Source: Amphiscolops sp. MND2022 (lineage: Eukaryota). Taken from it: a stretch of DNA of 64,000 nucleotides. How positions within the stretch are numbered: position 1 is the first letter of the stretch; every line of letters starts with the position of its first letter. The notes below the pieces were generated by a model. That model did no database searches and had not been told where the DNA came from. It saw only the letters and a program-made list of their open reading frames with translations. The stretch covers positions 20,462,001 through 20,526,000 of the forward strand of contig OZ076409.1 of the NCBI GenBank assembly GCA_964187785.1. Direction: 5' to 3'. Positions 1 to 15,800 of the stretch are shown here, piece by piece. A program made the position numbers and the translations under genes.

Positions 1-827
1 CAGGTACCTACAGTATGGCTTCGCCTGAAATGAAACTACTTTTGGCGTATCTATCCTCAGTTTCGTGATAAATCTCCTCAAACTAGGGGAAAACTTTTCG
101 AAAAAAGCATGACTTCGTAATTTTTCGAAACGTTTTCCAAACCTAATTGTAGCTCACTTTGGTGTCCTGGATGTATGTAAATGGTTGCTGCAACTGTCTT
201 CAATTTCAAGGTATCATTTTGCAAAATTGGAAAGTGGGAAAAATTAATTTTGAGTTTCGCTTTTCCGCTGCTTGTCATGTTGTTACCCTGGTTCATTTTC
301 AACAGTTACGCTTTCCAACATAATTTCTGGTATGTCACAGTTATTTGTAAAGCTGGACGTGCTCTGGAAAATGGCGAATAGATATTCATAAATAATGCCA
401 GTGCTAATACAATGAACTTTCTTGGAAAAAGTGTACTTATGAAAAAAATCGATCGCAATGAGAAAAGAACGCTTCCAGTTGTAGAATATATGTTCCCCCA
501 TTTTGATGGACTGGGATTTTCCCCTGTTCATTCCCGATTAAAAACTTCAGTTGACCTTGGAACTACTTATCGCTACATTTTCATGGGCCCGTTTTTCTGA
601 AAAATAATGTAGCCATCTTGAAATTGATGCTCAATGCAAAGAACTGCTCCAATTTTTGTCTTTGGGTGGTCGTTCAATGTGATCCATTTATAAAAGTATC
701 CGCTATAAAATTTGCATACGTATTTCATCTTGTGTGTTACATTTGTTACCGGTCTAGACATCTGGTGTTGGGTAGTTGGTTAGCAGAGGTAGTATTTCAT
801 CTAATCTAACTCGTGTTTTATGTTCAG

Positions 828-3800
828 AATGGATCACGGACGTGAAATTGTGTGGAAGGGAGTTCGTAGTCAGTGCAGCCGAAGGTCATGCAATGTTGGC
901 ATTGAGTGCTGCTTGTTTCTACGACCTAACACGTATAACAGGACAGGATGTTTATGACATAGTGTGCAACTTATCATTGGCACATTCCATTATTACTCCA
1001 CCGTTGAATGCCGAACTTCTGGCTCTGTGGGTTCTCTGGATCGGCCTGGACCCTGAACGTTTACAGCAAGACGGAGTGGAAGCCAAAGATTTATTGGCCA
1101 ACAAAATTCTCTCGCTAGCTACCACCAAACTGTCTCGCCAGGTTAGACAATCACTTTCTACCCGCGGAAGTAATTTTTCAATTCACTACCTTGAAAATGA
1201 CCTTTAAGACTCTCAAATTCTGATCAGGTTTACAGGGATATTTTTTGTTTTGAAATCAAACAGAAAACTACAAAACGGATAACACTTAACTTGTTTTTGA
1301 CTTTTGCCATTTTCTGAAATTCATCATGCAATATACAATATCAAAAACGCTGTTCGTAAAAATTGCCTGCAACAAACCTTTGTATCTAATTCAGAATTTA
1401 CAGTTCGATTCGTTTTTTTCTCCGTGAAATTGTTCTGAAGGTATTACAACACTTTTAGGCTGTTCATTTTCAAGAAAGCATTTCCAGAAAAAGTGGTAAA
1501 TATAAAAGTCAAAGAGTGGTGTCAAGGCTACAGAGCAGATCGAGGGATGTTTATCTTCTGATCAGTAGTTAAGATACTGCGTATTAAAGTTCGAAAAATA
1601 ACCGACATAAAATTTTGATTCGGCTTCGAAACAAATACTACCCTTTTATTTCTGATCAAAATTTGAGAGACTTGTCCTCCTGAGATTTTTTTATGAAATG
1701 AAGATATTGCGCTTTGAACATTTTCGTTAGGCAAATCGAGTGTCTTGCTTAGTTTTTTGGCGCCCTAGTGTAACTTCCTATTTCGAATTGCTTTCAATTG
1801 ACGTAGTTGACTACTAAATCCGTAGAATCCTCTTTGACACTGTGACAGATACAATTGAAGTCTCTATTTGGTAGCTTCATTTTGGAACAAGGACATTTGA
1901 ACTGCCGCAATTTATTGAAAACCTATGAACAGAGACTCCGAAAATATTTGAAATTTTGTTCCGAGTAACATGTGTTTTTATATAGCAATCCAGTCATAAG
2001 TGGGATCATGTGGAAAATTTATGGCTAGCATTTTCGGTTTTATCACTGAGCTTAGTCGAACATAGCTGGAAGCTTTTGAGAACTACTTTTCTATAAGACT
2101 ACATTTTCACAGCTTTAGACCATTTTTCCAACTGAGTATGGTCGCAATTGAGTTACTCGAATAATTTTGGTTATCTGAAGAGATCATAAATTCCTATCTA
2201 ACATAACATAGTCGCGTCTTTGCTATTAGTTTCTGTGAGGTTTCCTAAATGTTGATTAAAATCATCTTCATCTTGCTAATTCTACTTATCTCGAGAACTC
2301 AAGATGACCATATTTCAATAAGTTGACCGATACTTGAGTATTGAATGACGAAATTTAATTGATTGATATAATTGTTGCAATGTTAGACTGAGTTGTTTAA
2401 TTTTGTTTGATTCTTTCAGTCATCGCCGACAGATTCAAGCAACCACGAGAACAGCTTCAGCAGACTTAGAAGTGACCCCTCTTTAATTACCAAAGTTGAC
2501 CACCATGGACAGACGCCTTTGATGCGCCATCTAGCGGCTGGAGGGAGCAACACGAAGCTTTTAATCGACCTCGGTAGTGACATAAACCTGGAAGACATGT
2601 CGGGTGCTAGTCCGTTAACAGTGGCAGTAAAGTGTGGCAATCTGGAACCGGTCAAGATCCTGTTGGAACACGGCGCTTATATCAACTACAGAGACTATGA
2701 AGGCTGGACCGCGTTACGGGCAGCTGCCTGGGAGGGCTTTTATGACATTGTATGTTTGTTGTTGTCTCACAAAGCCGATGTCGACTTGGAAGACAATGAG
2801 AATCGGACTCCTCTGAGGGCCGCTGCATGGAGAGGCTTCGTTGATGTGGCCAAGAAACTCATTGAGTATGGTGCTAATGTTAATCAGGCCGACCGTTTCG
2901 GTCAAACTCCACTCAATGCTGCTGCGTACATGGGTAATGTTGAGATCGTGGAATTGCTGCTTTGGAGTGAAGCCAGCATCAACCAAACTGACAATGACGG
3001 AAGAACTGCGCTCACCATTGCTTGTCTCTATGAACAGTGCGAAGTGGTTAGTCGCCATTTTAAGCAGTACTTTTGCATTTTGCAACCATAATTTTATTAC
3101 AATTTCATGAAATTTAAAATCTTTCTCATGATGTATAGCATTCGTTTTAAGAAAACTGCTTCCAAATTGTCTCGAGAGTGCCTTTTTCGTTTTGAATTTC
3201 TCATGTTTGTGATTCAATCGGCCGATGAAGGTTTTTCTCCTTCACAAATGCTTCGCCATTTTAATTTTGGTTCTTTGTTTCTTGAAAAATCTCATGCTCC
3301 GCATTATTTGTAAAGTAAAAAGTTTACATCCCTGTTTGTTCTTACTAGTTTCCCGAAATCTCGCTAATTTTACTTATCGAGATCTCAAAATACCCTTGAT
3401 TCAGTTGGTTTTTGAACCCGCCAGACATTTTCTGATGTAAACACTACTTTCAGTAGAAGTGAATGAAAAAATCAGCGGTTTAGCATTTATGGCGCTACAT
3501 TTCAATTCCGATACCTAATTTCACCAATGGCCCATGTTTGATGATTTTTCGAAGTTTTTTTTGAAGTTCTTGGGGGTAAAATGAATGGTTATCTAATGAA
3601 AAATACAAGCCGGGAACGGCCTAAGTCGGCGTCATATCTGACTCAATAATATTCAAGGAAAACTCATTTTTCATTTATCACACAGTGCCGAAAAATCCCG
3701 AAAGGGTTTTCCCCGAAACTCGAAAAACAGTTTTTTCTGCACTGGAAACATCAGAAAAAACTAATTTGCTTTCGAGAAAAATTGAAATTTTCCAAAAAAG

Positions 3801-6800
3801 TATGTGGTAAAAAAAGTTGCATAATGCCGAAAAACCCAAAAAGACCCTTTAGGCTCATTAAACGCTTTTTACAAACCGACAACTTCAAAAATTTTCGGAA
3901 AAAAAGTCGCATAATGCCGAAAAACCCAAAAAGAGACCCTTTAGGCTCATTAAACGCTTTTTACAAACCGACAACTTCAAAAATTTTTGGAAAAAAGTCG
4001 CATAGTGCTGAAAAAAAACCCAATGGGGGACCCTTTGGTCTACCCTCTACTTTTGGAAACATTAAAAAACTTGTGGTTTAGTGCGAGACTCGAACCCACG
4101 ATCGCCTGCTTCTGAAGGTCTGAAAATTAGTTGGCGGAGGAGTTGAACAAATAAACAGAAAAAGTGGACCGATCGCGTTGAACTGACCAAAAAAGAAAAA
4201 AATTAGCCACTGTAAGAGTCGTGCATTTTCTTCGAAAACGCCAACTAATAATAACTTTCGAAAGTAGAAGCTATCGGTCTAACCCTCGCAAGCAGTTGCT
4301 GAAGGAGACTTAAAAATAACTTCTTCCACTAAGAAAAAATTTTTCCTGCCCAATTTAAATTTAAACTTTTTAAAATGATCATCACTGTTTTAGCGTTTTC
4401 TTAGTAACGCCAAGGTAACAAACTTCGATCGGTATCTAAGAAATTCGCCTCGAACAGCTAGTAAGAAATCGCGTGTTGACTGAATGTGTGTTTACAATTC
4501 TGAGTGATTTATGTACTTGAAATTTCACTGGACCGTTTGCAGACGCAGGAATGTTACGGAACCCCGGAGAGGCCAATCTATTCGATTCAAATTAATTTTC
4601 CGTTGACGCGATCGAAATATTCGTCAGAAAATCTTTGAATATAAATGAACACGCCTCCAAGGAAAATCTTGCTGTTCCTGATGAATTTAGTTCTCATTCT
4701 CTACTGAGATTGATCGAAGGAAAAGGCCAAATTTGGTTCTCATTCTCTACTGAGATTGATCGAAGGAAAAGGCCAAAAATTCCTACCAGTCACCGGTTTC
4801 GTTGGTAATGATTTCTGGTATAGTAATAATTTTTGTTCGACGATTGCGGAGGTAGTATATGAGATGAACACAACGACAGTCGTGGCGTTTTGTTGTCAAG
4901 TTGAAACACTTTCCGGAAGGGTGCGGGATTTTGTTGTGTCTTTAGAACCTGTTCCTTATCTTAATTAGCACTGAAACCCGGCCCACTTCATAACATATGT
5001 AAAGTGATAAATTTATTAGTTTGATCGTGTTTGCAGATAAAAGCACAACTAGTTTGTCACTGTTTCTGTCAAAGATTTGAAACCGTTGGAAATCATGAAC
5101 CGTTATTCCAATATAAGGTTTCGTGGAACCCTGTTGCGAAAGTCTCTGTCGGTTTGTTTTGCTATTGAAGCGACACAGGAGAAACTGTTTTAGCACAATC
5201 TCAAGTTCTAGCAGGCATTAAAAGGCTTCATTTGCCAATAAATGGATCGATTTTAATACGTCAACATTTTGTTTCTACTGCATATTCAAAGAAAGGAATG
5301 TGTTAGTTAAACGATATTTGCTGACCCTTCTGCAATCTGATCTCGTGTTGAAATGGCGGCCAAATTTTGAAACTTAATAATTCCCAATCATAGTTACGAC
5401 GCAGACCATGTAGTTTATTGAATTTTTATTTGGTCGTCGTCTGTCAAAAAATATGGAGCAAGTAAGTTTTGCTGACTTTCTAGAAGGGTGTAGTTTGACG
5501 TTTAACCTCTTTGTGAACTTCAGTCTTTTCCTCTTCAAATCTTTGGCAGTTATTTGTTTCAATAGAAATTTTCTATTTTTTGCATTTTTGATACAAGGAG
5601 TCATTCATTCAGAACTGCGCTGAAAATACTGAAAACTTATTTTTCCCATGAATTTTATTGCTTCAGAGGTTTGACATTTGATTTGAAACTCTTGTTTCTC
5701 GGCAGACGTGAATTGTTCCATTTCGTAGGTTTTCATTCTAATTATTAGGAAGAATCAGTTCCTGAATTGCCTGAAATTCCTTCCGTTTTTGACCGAATGA
5801 TGCCGTTTTCTGGCACAATGCAATTTTTCGAAAATTAAGTCATTATCTTGTGATACAGCCAAAATGTTTACTTCAAAAAATATCAGGTCTAATTTTGATA
5901 ACTACTTCTCAAACTTAAAAAATTGCCGAGCTGGATTGACAGACTTTTTAAGTCTCGTCCATAAAATTGTGACTTAGCGATTCCTTGAGTCAAATTTGTT
6001 TCCAATAGTTGAAGTTTGTATTGAAATTGCTTTTCAACAATATATAATTATGCCGGAATTATGAATTCAATGGCGGAAATCCCAAAATATTGCCGGCCGT
6101 TTTCAGCGAAAAAAATTCTGCTAGTAATTACACAGCTAGTAATGCGTTAAAGTAAATGCTCTTTAACCTCGTTAGTGATTTCGTCCTCAGATGAGGACAG
6201 CGATTTTTTGCACAATCAATAAAAAATACGAAACGCAAAAAGCATATAGGAAAACGAAAGTTTGTCTTATCAACAATCTATTAGACTATTTGGGGCGAGT
6301 TGTTATTTGTGTCAATATAGTTTGTTTTTCGAACTACCGTCAAAAAAGTAACTGGAAAAAGTTAAAGTTTGCAAAAAAATACTTTTCAGAAAATTAGCTT
6401 TTTCTCAATAACACAGCAAGTGTTTGCTAAGTTACTGTCACACTCTAGTAACACAGTTTGCCACCAATGAAAACGCATATAGAAGTTTTTCGAGGAAGCT
6501 GCCGCTAAGGGTGCGACCGGTATTTGAAAGCCCGGCTACCAACCCCCCCCCCCCCCAAAAAAAAAAAGTGGCGCCAACTCCCAGCTTAACTAGTGTGCAT
6601 TTGAAAGCTTAGGTAAAGGGCTTTCAGGAGCAGAAAACCGTTTTGAGCTGTGGCTATTATTCGTAGAGAAATTAGGCATTTAAAAAATGTTGCCAGTTTT
6701 TTGTCAATTTATCGACTTCTTGGTGTGCTGACAATGTTAATGCTGTCTGAAAATAGATTTTATTATTTTTGATTCATGTATCTGCCGTTGGATGACGGTT

Positions 6801-9800
6801 TTTCATTTTAAACTGTTTTAGGTTAAACGTCTGTTGGCTGCTGGGGCAGATGTGAATCATCAGGATAAAGAGAAAATATCGCCCTTGATTGCCGCTGCCT
6901 ACAAAGGAAACGAAGAGGTGAGTAATTTCACTGTTGAATGCGCGTTTCTAGTAAAAAGCTGTACATAAAATTACAACGTCATTATTCATTCATGCAGGAA
7001 ACAATTCAACGCTGTAGCATTGAAATATTCCTCTAACTAATGTGCTCAACCGTCCGCTATGTCGACTGAAAAAGAAACATTTTGTGTGTAATTTTTAGTG
7101 TAGCTTTTACTTGTAACGTTTTTGCAAATGTTCATTGAGGTTCATGTTCTGTTAGGGTTTTAGCACCTTTGATCATCGAATTCGCGCTGGCCAGTGGAAT
7201 GTTTCTTAAATTTTATACAAGCGGAAGTGAAGTCTATGCTGAAGTTAAAGGGTTTCTAAGAGTTTTGGCCACGTTTCAAGCGACTGAAAAAATGCTGCAA
7301 CTTTTGTACCATGAAATATGGGCGGAAAATTTTGTTTTTCTGATCAATCACTTTGAAAAGTTGTTTTCACTAAATTGTTTTCATTTTGAAGTTCTGATTT
7401 CAAACTTTTTGACCAAACTTCATCCATTAGTTTGACGCATTTTTCACACGAGCAAAGTGGAGTACTTTTCGCGTGAGTAAAGAATGAAACAAAATGTTTT
7501 TTTTCAGACAGTGGACATTCTTCTGAACCGGGAAGATCTGGACTTGGAGCTGGTGGACAACGCGGGAAGAACGGCTCTGCTGGCTGCCGCATCTCAGGGA
7601 CACCTGCGAGTTGTTCATGCTTTGTTGTCCAGGGGCGCCGATTGTACTGCAACTGACCCTGGTAACATGCCTTACACTCTGCTACTACAATAGCTAACAT
7701 TGGATGTTCCTAGTCCATTATATACACTGTCCATTCTATGTCACCATGCTGCTCCTATCATCCAGTTTCTATAGGCTTTTATATTTAGAGACGATTTATT
7801 TTGCATCGAAAACTGCAAAGTTAGGGTCGAATTATCTAAAATAGATGCAACAGCTAAATAACCTGTTGCGGGTCCAGTAGCAAGATGTATTTTGAGTTGG
7901 ATCAAATTTTGCATCGATATTACCCACAAGGACGCCCTGAAATTCGAGTGCTTCATTCTTTAAAGTATGTTTTTATGCCCTCTAAAATGAATATAAATAG
8001 CTAAATTAAGTCTGTTGAAATACAATTCGTAGATTTTTTCCTTCCGGATTAAACAGGTAGGTATGTCGACATATTATTATTGAAAAAGAAACTGTCGTAG
8101 GTCTCTTGACTTGAATAGATATCAAGATTTTCAAACGTTGAATTTTTAGAGAACTTTCAGTTTTTGAGTGTCGAAATCAAGTTATGCAATTATTTTTAGC
8201 TCTTATTTTGGCAATGCTAGAGACTGTTGCTCTTCAATTGAAATACCAATAAAAAACAATCAGAATAGATTTTCAACACAGTTTTTGATATTGCTGGTTC
8301 TGTCAAGCAAAACGAGTATTTTCTAAATTGCGTTCCCAACTTGAAGGTTTTTCAGAGGTAGTGAAATGTTCCTTTTTCCATTTTAAAATCGAATTTTAAA
8401 TTTCGCAGGAATTCGGCAATTTTTGACGGTACGGAAACTAATAAACTGATTTTCTCGCAACGAAGTTTCGTTGTTCGAGGCGTAGTTTTGGGACTTACGA
8501 GACGTCTTGTTTGAAATGGACAAGCGTGATTTAATTGGAATATTATTATTGGCAGAGTCCAAAGAGGTCTAAGTGCTCAAACAAATAGCTTACTCTTGAC
8601 TGATCAAAATAGTTAAACATTGGAAACGTGTTGAATAAATGGTATGATGCATTGCATTGGCGGCCGTACTCAAATGAGATGTTATGCCGTGCTTGCTAGT
8701 AGTTTGCAGCTGACATGTTCAAAAGAAGTACAAATGTAAGAACTTTGTCGAGGCAAATACTTCAAATGATGCAACTCACAGAATATTCAACAGCCAAACC
8801 TTTCCCGAGCATGTAACCACATTCACCACAGTTTTAGTCCCCCACTACCATGTTTGCAAACACATTTCGGAAGTATTATTGTGATTTTATTCATGATAAA
8901 ATTCAGAAACTGAGTATGAAGGTTACATTGCAGTCCGCGAATTCAAAATGCCAATCATCAAATTAATCTTTTTTTTTCGAATGACCTGTAAACTTTTTTA
9001 ACATAAAAACCGAATATCTTGGTCACTCGTCTCATTTTGAGATATTTTTAGTGCATTTTCTGAGAGCTCATTATATTTACTCACTGATGATGAACTATAT
9101 GTCGCAATAATCTCAAGTCTGTAGTAGTCTGATATCTCTCTTGCAAACACTCCAATTTAGATACGCCATTTCTATCTTCTTTATACGTCATTGACTCAGT
9201 AGTCATTGCTGCTCTCGTGTAACCGAGTCACATGGTCATGACTAACCTTTAAACTAGTTTCACGAGACAGAAAATGATGCCATGTCACTGCAACATTCAC
9301 TACATGATTGCCCTTACGGCGTTTTTCTCGTTTTCGTAGTCACATTGGTTACACGAGAGTCTAATGTTTGCAGTTTGAACATTTTCCTTGAGTTACACTT
9401 CCATAAAAATGCAATTCATGAAACAAGGAGGTATGCAATATTGCATTGTCAATGATATTTCTCTTTAAAAACAATTGTTGAGTTATTGCTTAAAAAAGAC
9501 AGACATTGCAATGATTGAAATAATTGTAAACTATAAACACAATTATTGATCTACTATTCATCAATCCACGAAATTGGTTGGAAAAAGTTCTCGCGCTCAA
9601 GAAAACGAAAATTAAATCTCATCTTGAAGAGCAAATAAAACCGGGAGCGGGAATAACGTCTAAATGCGAAACGGGTATAACGTCTAAAGCCAAGTCATGC
9701 ACATTCCCTATGTTAAAACACTGAATTTTAGACGCTATTCCCGAAACTTTTAGACGTTATTCGAGCTACTAAAATGAAACGTTCAATTCAAAAGAAAACA

Positions 9801-12800
9801 TATATGATCATAGTTTTATATAGCCAATAGTTGTCATGTAGCGCAATAGTTGTCACGCACAATATGGAAGGAGACTGGCAGTGACGAGGGACATAGAAAT
9901 GCGCAATGTAGAAATTATTAGATATCATCATCATCAGCCATAGCAAAATGGCTGAATTTTACCCATTGTCAGATAAAAAGGTGTGGCGTTTGAGTCTGGT
10001 ATTTTTGCTTGTTTTTTTGAAACCTTTTGTTCTTGAAGTTTAACGGAAATGATGAACTGGCGTGTACGAGTTGGCTTTTCATTGAAATTCTACTTTCAAA
10101 ATGAATCCAATGTTCGAGTGCTTTGGCATCAAAACGATGTGCAAACAGGGTAACACTCAGTCATTACCCGCGGCTTCTATTAGCTAATGAATGAAGTAGC
10201 TAAAATGACAAGAAGAGGCCTTGTTTCGGCATTGTGTCCCTTCTGGAACTTTTTGTTGCCAAAATGTTCCTTTTCCAGTTGTTTGATATTTTACAATCAT
10301 GCTGAAAGATCGTGTAGTCCCGCATCTGCATTTGCTGGCTCTGTGGCATTTTTTTAATGTCTTTTTCCTCATGTTAGTTACTTTTAAGAAAAGTGCGCGA
10401 CTATCACAATGACTAGTTTTTTTGCTAGATGACGATGTATTTCAATGATTCATTTTAAACAGTTCCCCTTTGCCATTTTCGGCACTGTGCAGCTTTTTGT
10501 CGGATTTTTTCCATTATTCCAAGAGGTCCCATTTAAAACGACTCCGAACAATTTTAAAATTTCCGTCTAAATTTTTAATCAGATCAGTGATAAGCACAAA
10601 TCAATGTCGAATAGGCGGTTTCACTGTTCAAACATTTGAAAAGCTGGTGATGTAGCAGACTGTCTGTGATGGAGTTTTCGTGACTAGTTTGGTCGGTGAA
10701 ATGAGACCTTTTTGGCGTGGCTTCCAATCTGAGTGTGAAATCATTGGGAGTTTTATTGACCACAGTATACACTCCTACATTTTTCGCTTCTATTGTGTGC
10801 CGAAATTGATATTTTTGGCACAGTGAAGTTGTCGTTTGTGTTCAAGCATCCTGTTATCTGTTTGTAACTGCGTCGGTGGGAGGGCCAGCTAGAAGGAAAA
10901 CTATTTTTTTGACGTTTCCCTTTTTTCTGTATGCTAGGCTTTTTTACATACTAATCAATAAGCCAGATGAATCGACTCCTCCGCAGTGCGTTGTTACTCG
11001 TGGAATCTTGTGGCCAGTAGCAAATGGACAAATCATAGAAAGGTGCAGTATAGATGTCTACGAAAATTTATCAGTAAGTCTTGGATTTTGATGGCTTGGG
11101 GTAGTTGTGAGGATTGTAGCAATTTTAGGGGGGAGGGTGAACGCGGTTTGAATTGTCTGTCTAGCAGATTATGTTGGGGCTTTTTAGTATGTTTAGTATG
11201 TAGTCTGCGGCTAGTAGCGACATAACCAAAATTGAGCGGCTCAGCAGGTAGTTGCCCGTCATGTGGAGATGATTGAACATTTGATAATAAGATTCATCAC
11301 TGTGTGTCCCCGGTCAGCGCTGGTATTTGGAAAATACTCCTAATGCCTTTGAAATAATTTCTACATCCCTATTCCTTGCAACCATTTTCACTTGTTCCTC
11401 TCAATTCCCCCGTCGCTTCGCCTCGCAAATATTTCACCATGCCTTGTCCAAGTTACTTACCAATCACGACTACTAGAATGACCACATGCACGCCAACAGT
11501 GGCCAATTTTGTATGTGTGAAGTGTAGAATAATGTTGTGGTCTGGAAAGCCTTCAAAAGTGCTTGAGTTGATCTCAGTTGAATTACATCTACAGTTCGTA
11601 CTGCGTGCATTCAAAAAGTTGAATCAAAGTTTGCGAGAGTTTTATCATTCATTAAACGCCGTTTATCTCGCCGCTTTTATCACGCTTATACGCAGCAAAG
11701 AAATGTTTGTCTGAAATCAGTATCGAAAAATAATAATTAGTGTTTTTCATGAGCTAGAGGCCACAAAACCGAGCCGAGCGGAAAACAACAGTTCGTTAAA
11801 CATCTTTGACAACAGCGCTTTCAAATCTAACTCTTAGTAATTCCGTTTTTCGTCTTCTGGGGATAAAAGCATCTTTCTTAACAATATCTCTACACTTTTT
11901 GTCAGACTGCAATTTACAGAGATGTCATTATTGTCAACGTTTTGATCGATAGCTTTATATAAATGATCAACTTATAGCATAGGCTTTTATTTTGTTTTAC
12001 CATTACCAAGGAATCCATACTTGGTAGAGTTGTCATTCGTATTGACCGAAGATCCTCATCTTGTTTCCTCGCCTTTCATTCTGACGCCCATTTGAAGACA
12101 TTGAAGTGACCGCACTTGAACCCTGTGTAATTAAGATAATTTATTGAATTAATTGGGTCTGCGTTAATGCCCTGACATATAAGGAAGATGAGCTCTCTAC
12201 CGTGTCTGTATAACGGGGCATCACTCCTCACTTCAACCACAGTGTCTTCCATTGCAGATGGTAGGAGTGTTCTCTCTGTGGCCTGCAGCCAGGGCAACCT
12301 TGACGTCATCCGCCTCCTGCTCCAGAACTCTTACGATACAGGGTCACGTGATCATTACGGATGGACACCCATGCACATTGCTGGTCAGTAGTCAACATGA
12401 GTCATCTCATCTTGTCATTATCACTTCACCTACCACCGTATTTACTCAAATAGAAGTGGGTTTTTGAGTTTTCAAAAATAAGGAACGCGGGTTTTATTCT
12501 AACGAAAACAGAGTGCTGTGATTAAGCTATCATCCTCCGGGCGATTTTAGGCTCGATTCTTTAGGCTTTAGTTTTCTTTCTGCTCCTGAGATTTCACTTG
12601 ATGCAGCAAACAAAACTGAAAAAAAAGAGCAAATAAACATTTTTAATTGGTTGATAACGACGCTCAGGGCACAGGGGGGCAATTTCTTGATCACAGTAGT
12701 GTTTAATAAGTATCGGGTTGTTTCGACTGCCTTTCAATCAAATATATCAGTTGGGAAAACTTCTCTGAAGAGAAGGAATAATAATTGAATTGTTGATCTT

Positions 12801-15800
12801 GATCTAGCAGTTTTTGCTGATTTTCTGAGTCTTTTTATTCAATCACGCTGAATTCACTGCCCGTGGTTTGAATTCTCGCAGTTGCCACGAAATGGTATGA
12901 TAAACGACTAGTTAACCCATTTTGTAGCTTCCTATCGTCTCAAATTGTATATTTTCGTAGATTTCTTCATGTATGTTTGTTCATTCAATGTTGAAGGTGT
13001 TTTTTCAGCATTTGAGGGTCACGTTGAGGTGTGTCAGCTGTTAATGCAATCTGGACTTTCGGTCAACGACCTGGACGACGAAGAGCGCTCTCCTCTCATC
13101 TGTGCGGCCCAGGAGGGTCACCTGGACGTGGTCAACTTCCTCATCATGAACGGGGCGCGCATAGACCACATGGCAGTCATGAGTGGACAGAATGCTCTCC
13201 GCGTCGCTGCTCTCGAGGGACAGGCACAGACTGTGGAATATCTTCTCACATCAGGTGAAGCTTACTAATCCCCATTTTGCACAATCTAATAGAGATAAAC
13301 ATTTTTAATGGGCGGGCGCTTTCGTTATAGTGGTGGGTGCCTGTTTTAAGACCAGCAAACTGATAGATTTCTATAATTTATATAACTTGGAGGAACTTGC
13401 CTTGGCCTACTTGTTCCCGCCACTTGGCCTAGTGGTTTGCACGGGAGTGCCACTGTGCGACTTTCGAAAAATTTTCATTTGATCAAAATGCGTTTTGTGG
13501 GCCTAAAGGATGTCCGATTGAGTTTTTCGGCACTATTTGTTAGAGAAAAATTTGAAAATTTTTGATGTTACCAGAACAAGTTATTTTCGAGTCTCAAGCG
13601 TACCCTTTGACTATTTTTCTAAACTTTGATGAGTATAGTAGCGTAGATAGAAACTCCCTTATTCAGTGTCACTGAGATTGCATTCATCTTCGAGTTGGAG
13701 AATTGGTAAAAGTTCAAAATTTCATCTAGTCATTTTCTAATCGAATTGTTTGGACTTCGACGGCCAACGTTTTTTGTAGTCACTCAATGTAAACATTGTT
13801 TTTCAGGGTCTAACATCGATTTGCGCGACAAAGATGGTCGAACTACTTTATACGTATTGGCTCAAGAAGCCAAACTGGAGATGGCTCGTTTGTTCCTGGA
13901 ATGGAGTGCCTCGGTCGACCTCAAAGACCACGATGGGCGTTCTCCCCTGATGGTGGCCGCATGGCAAGGTCACGTGGAGATGTGTCAGTTCCTGATCCAG
14001 CACGGCGCTGACGTCAGTTGCGTGGATGTGGAGTCTCGCAGTGTGTTGCAAATGGCTGCGTGGCAGGGTCACACGAGTATAGTGCGTCTCTTGTGTGAGT
14101 CAGGGGCTGATATCAATTCCATGTGCAGTCAGGGAGCCACTGCTCTCACCATCGCTGCCCAGGAAGGACACATGGATGTGATGGAGTGCTTACTCGAGTT
14201 CGGGGCCGATCCTCTCATTCAGGTTCCACCAATGCTTTGATTCGGAAGCTTTTATGTCGTTGTATAAGTACTTCTATGTAATATGGGCATCTTTCTGTTT
14301 CGCTGCTAACCATCATTTTAGCATGTCAATGTAAAGTGTTTTCAAACTCACTATCAATTCATCTGAAATTTTACTATTTTTTCATGTGGACTTCTGTCGA
14401 AATATGTCTATAGATAGCAACTTATTCAGCTCAAATTAATTGTTAATGTACTCAATACTAGAAATAGTCCCGCAATCAATTTTTACCGGTTACTATTTTT
14501 GCGGAAACTTCATTTTCACAGAACTTTTATGAACTAAAATACTCACACGTTGACCAATGTTTGGTATTTAGATCTCGTTGAATTTTAATGCACCAATTCT
14601 GGTTTACCTTTGTGATAAAGCAGTCTATAAGGCCATGTCCTTGGTTTTGGCGCATGTAATTTGTTCGAAAGTTACATTTGAATCTCAGGAATTTAATCGG
14701 CATTTTAATCAGCTCGTAATTTGTGGTCATTCGCCATTGTTCGATAACATTAAGAGATATTCCTGGCAAGGTTTTTGTTTTCGATTTGATATCATTGTTC
14801 GAAAGCGAGGGAATTGAAACTTGTTGTTTCAAATTCGCTTGTCACCTAATTACGTTTTCCCAACCAAGTTTTTAGAAAGTTTCTGGGAGATATATTACAA
14901 GTTGTATATTTAATGCAGGATGCTCACGGGCGCAGTGCTTACAAAATGGCAATGTTGGGACGATATCCTGAAGTGAAGGAACTAATGGAACGGGCTACTA
15001 CATTTCGAACCTCTTTACAACTTGAACAGGAAACCTCTTCTGTGCCTAGTAACCGCAATTCACCAATCGGACTAACTCAACAGCAACGAAACTCATTCAA
15101 AAGTCGTGAAAACTCGCCAGTGGTTGTGCAACAAAGACGTGGGTCTATGCATTCTGTACAAAGAAACTCTTTCGGTCAAAAAACTGCCACCGCTTTCGAC
15201 CCAAACAATTTTGGCGTTCCTCAAAGGGAACCTCCGCCGCCTCCGATTTCTCTGGCACCAAGTACACCTACAGATAGCTTGAATCAAGCTGATTTCAACC
15301 GTTATCAGAAAGTGCCACCCGTTTCAAGGTGCTCCGATAGTCCTGTTCAACCTCAGATGAACTACAAACAGATGCAACCACAGAGAGCAATTGAACATCA
15401 GCCACCGTGTCATCATAAACAAGTATCAGAAAAAGTGCTGAACAACCCTCATGCAATTAACAACGTGAATAGTAATAGTAATAATAACAACATCAACATG
15501 AACACTAATTACAACATAAATAACAACTATCTTCCAGATAGAAATCGGGCATGGAGTGAGAGTCATAAAACTAATCTGAATTCGCACTCGCAGCATTCCC
15601 ATCTCAGTATGCAACCTCAAAACATACTTCCACCGCAGTCCAAAGAACCGCCATTCTTTGCCCCTGACAACGTAGGTCTTTTCCATCCTGACAACATGGT
15701 AGTCAATAACAACTTGAAGCAGAATTCTTTGAGGAGAAACCAAAGGATTTTTGTAGACCCAAGCAGTTGTCATGTACAGGAGAAGCCTCCAGCTGTGATT

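Noticed and set aside
2714..3217. Antisense ORFs over host exons (also 15426-16842 and 59432-60523)
   Set aside because: Shadow frames of the coding strand, without motifs.
3782..4081. Lys/Phe-rich ORFs in HINE copies (also 20658-21320, 30140-31068, 41280-41888, 56416-57098)
   Set aside because: Translations of low-complexity A/T-run repeats; not conserved in frame between copies.
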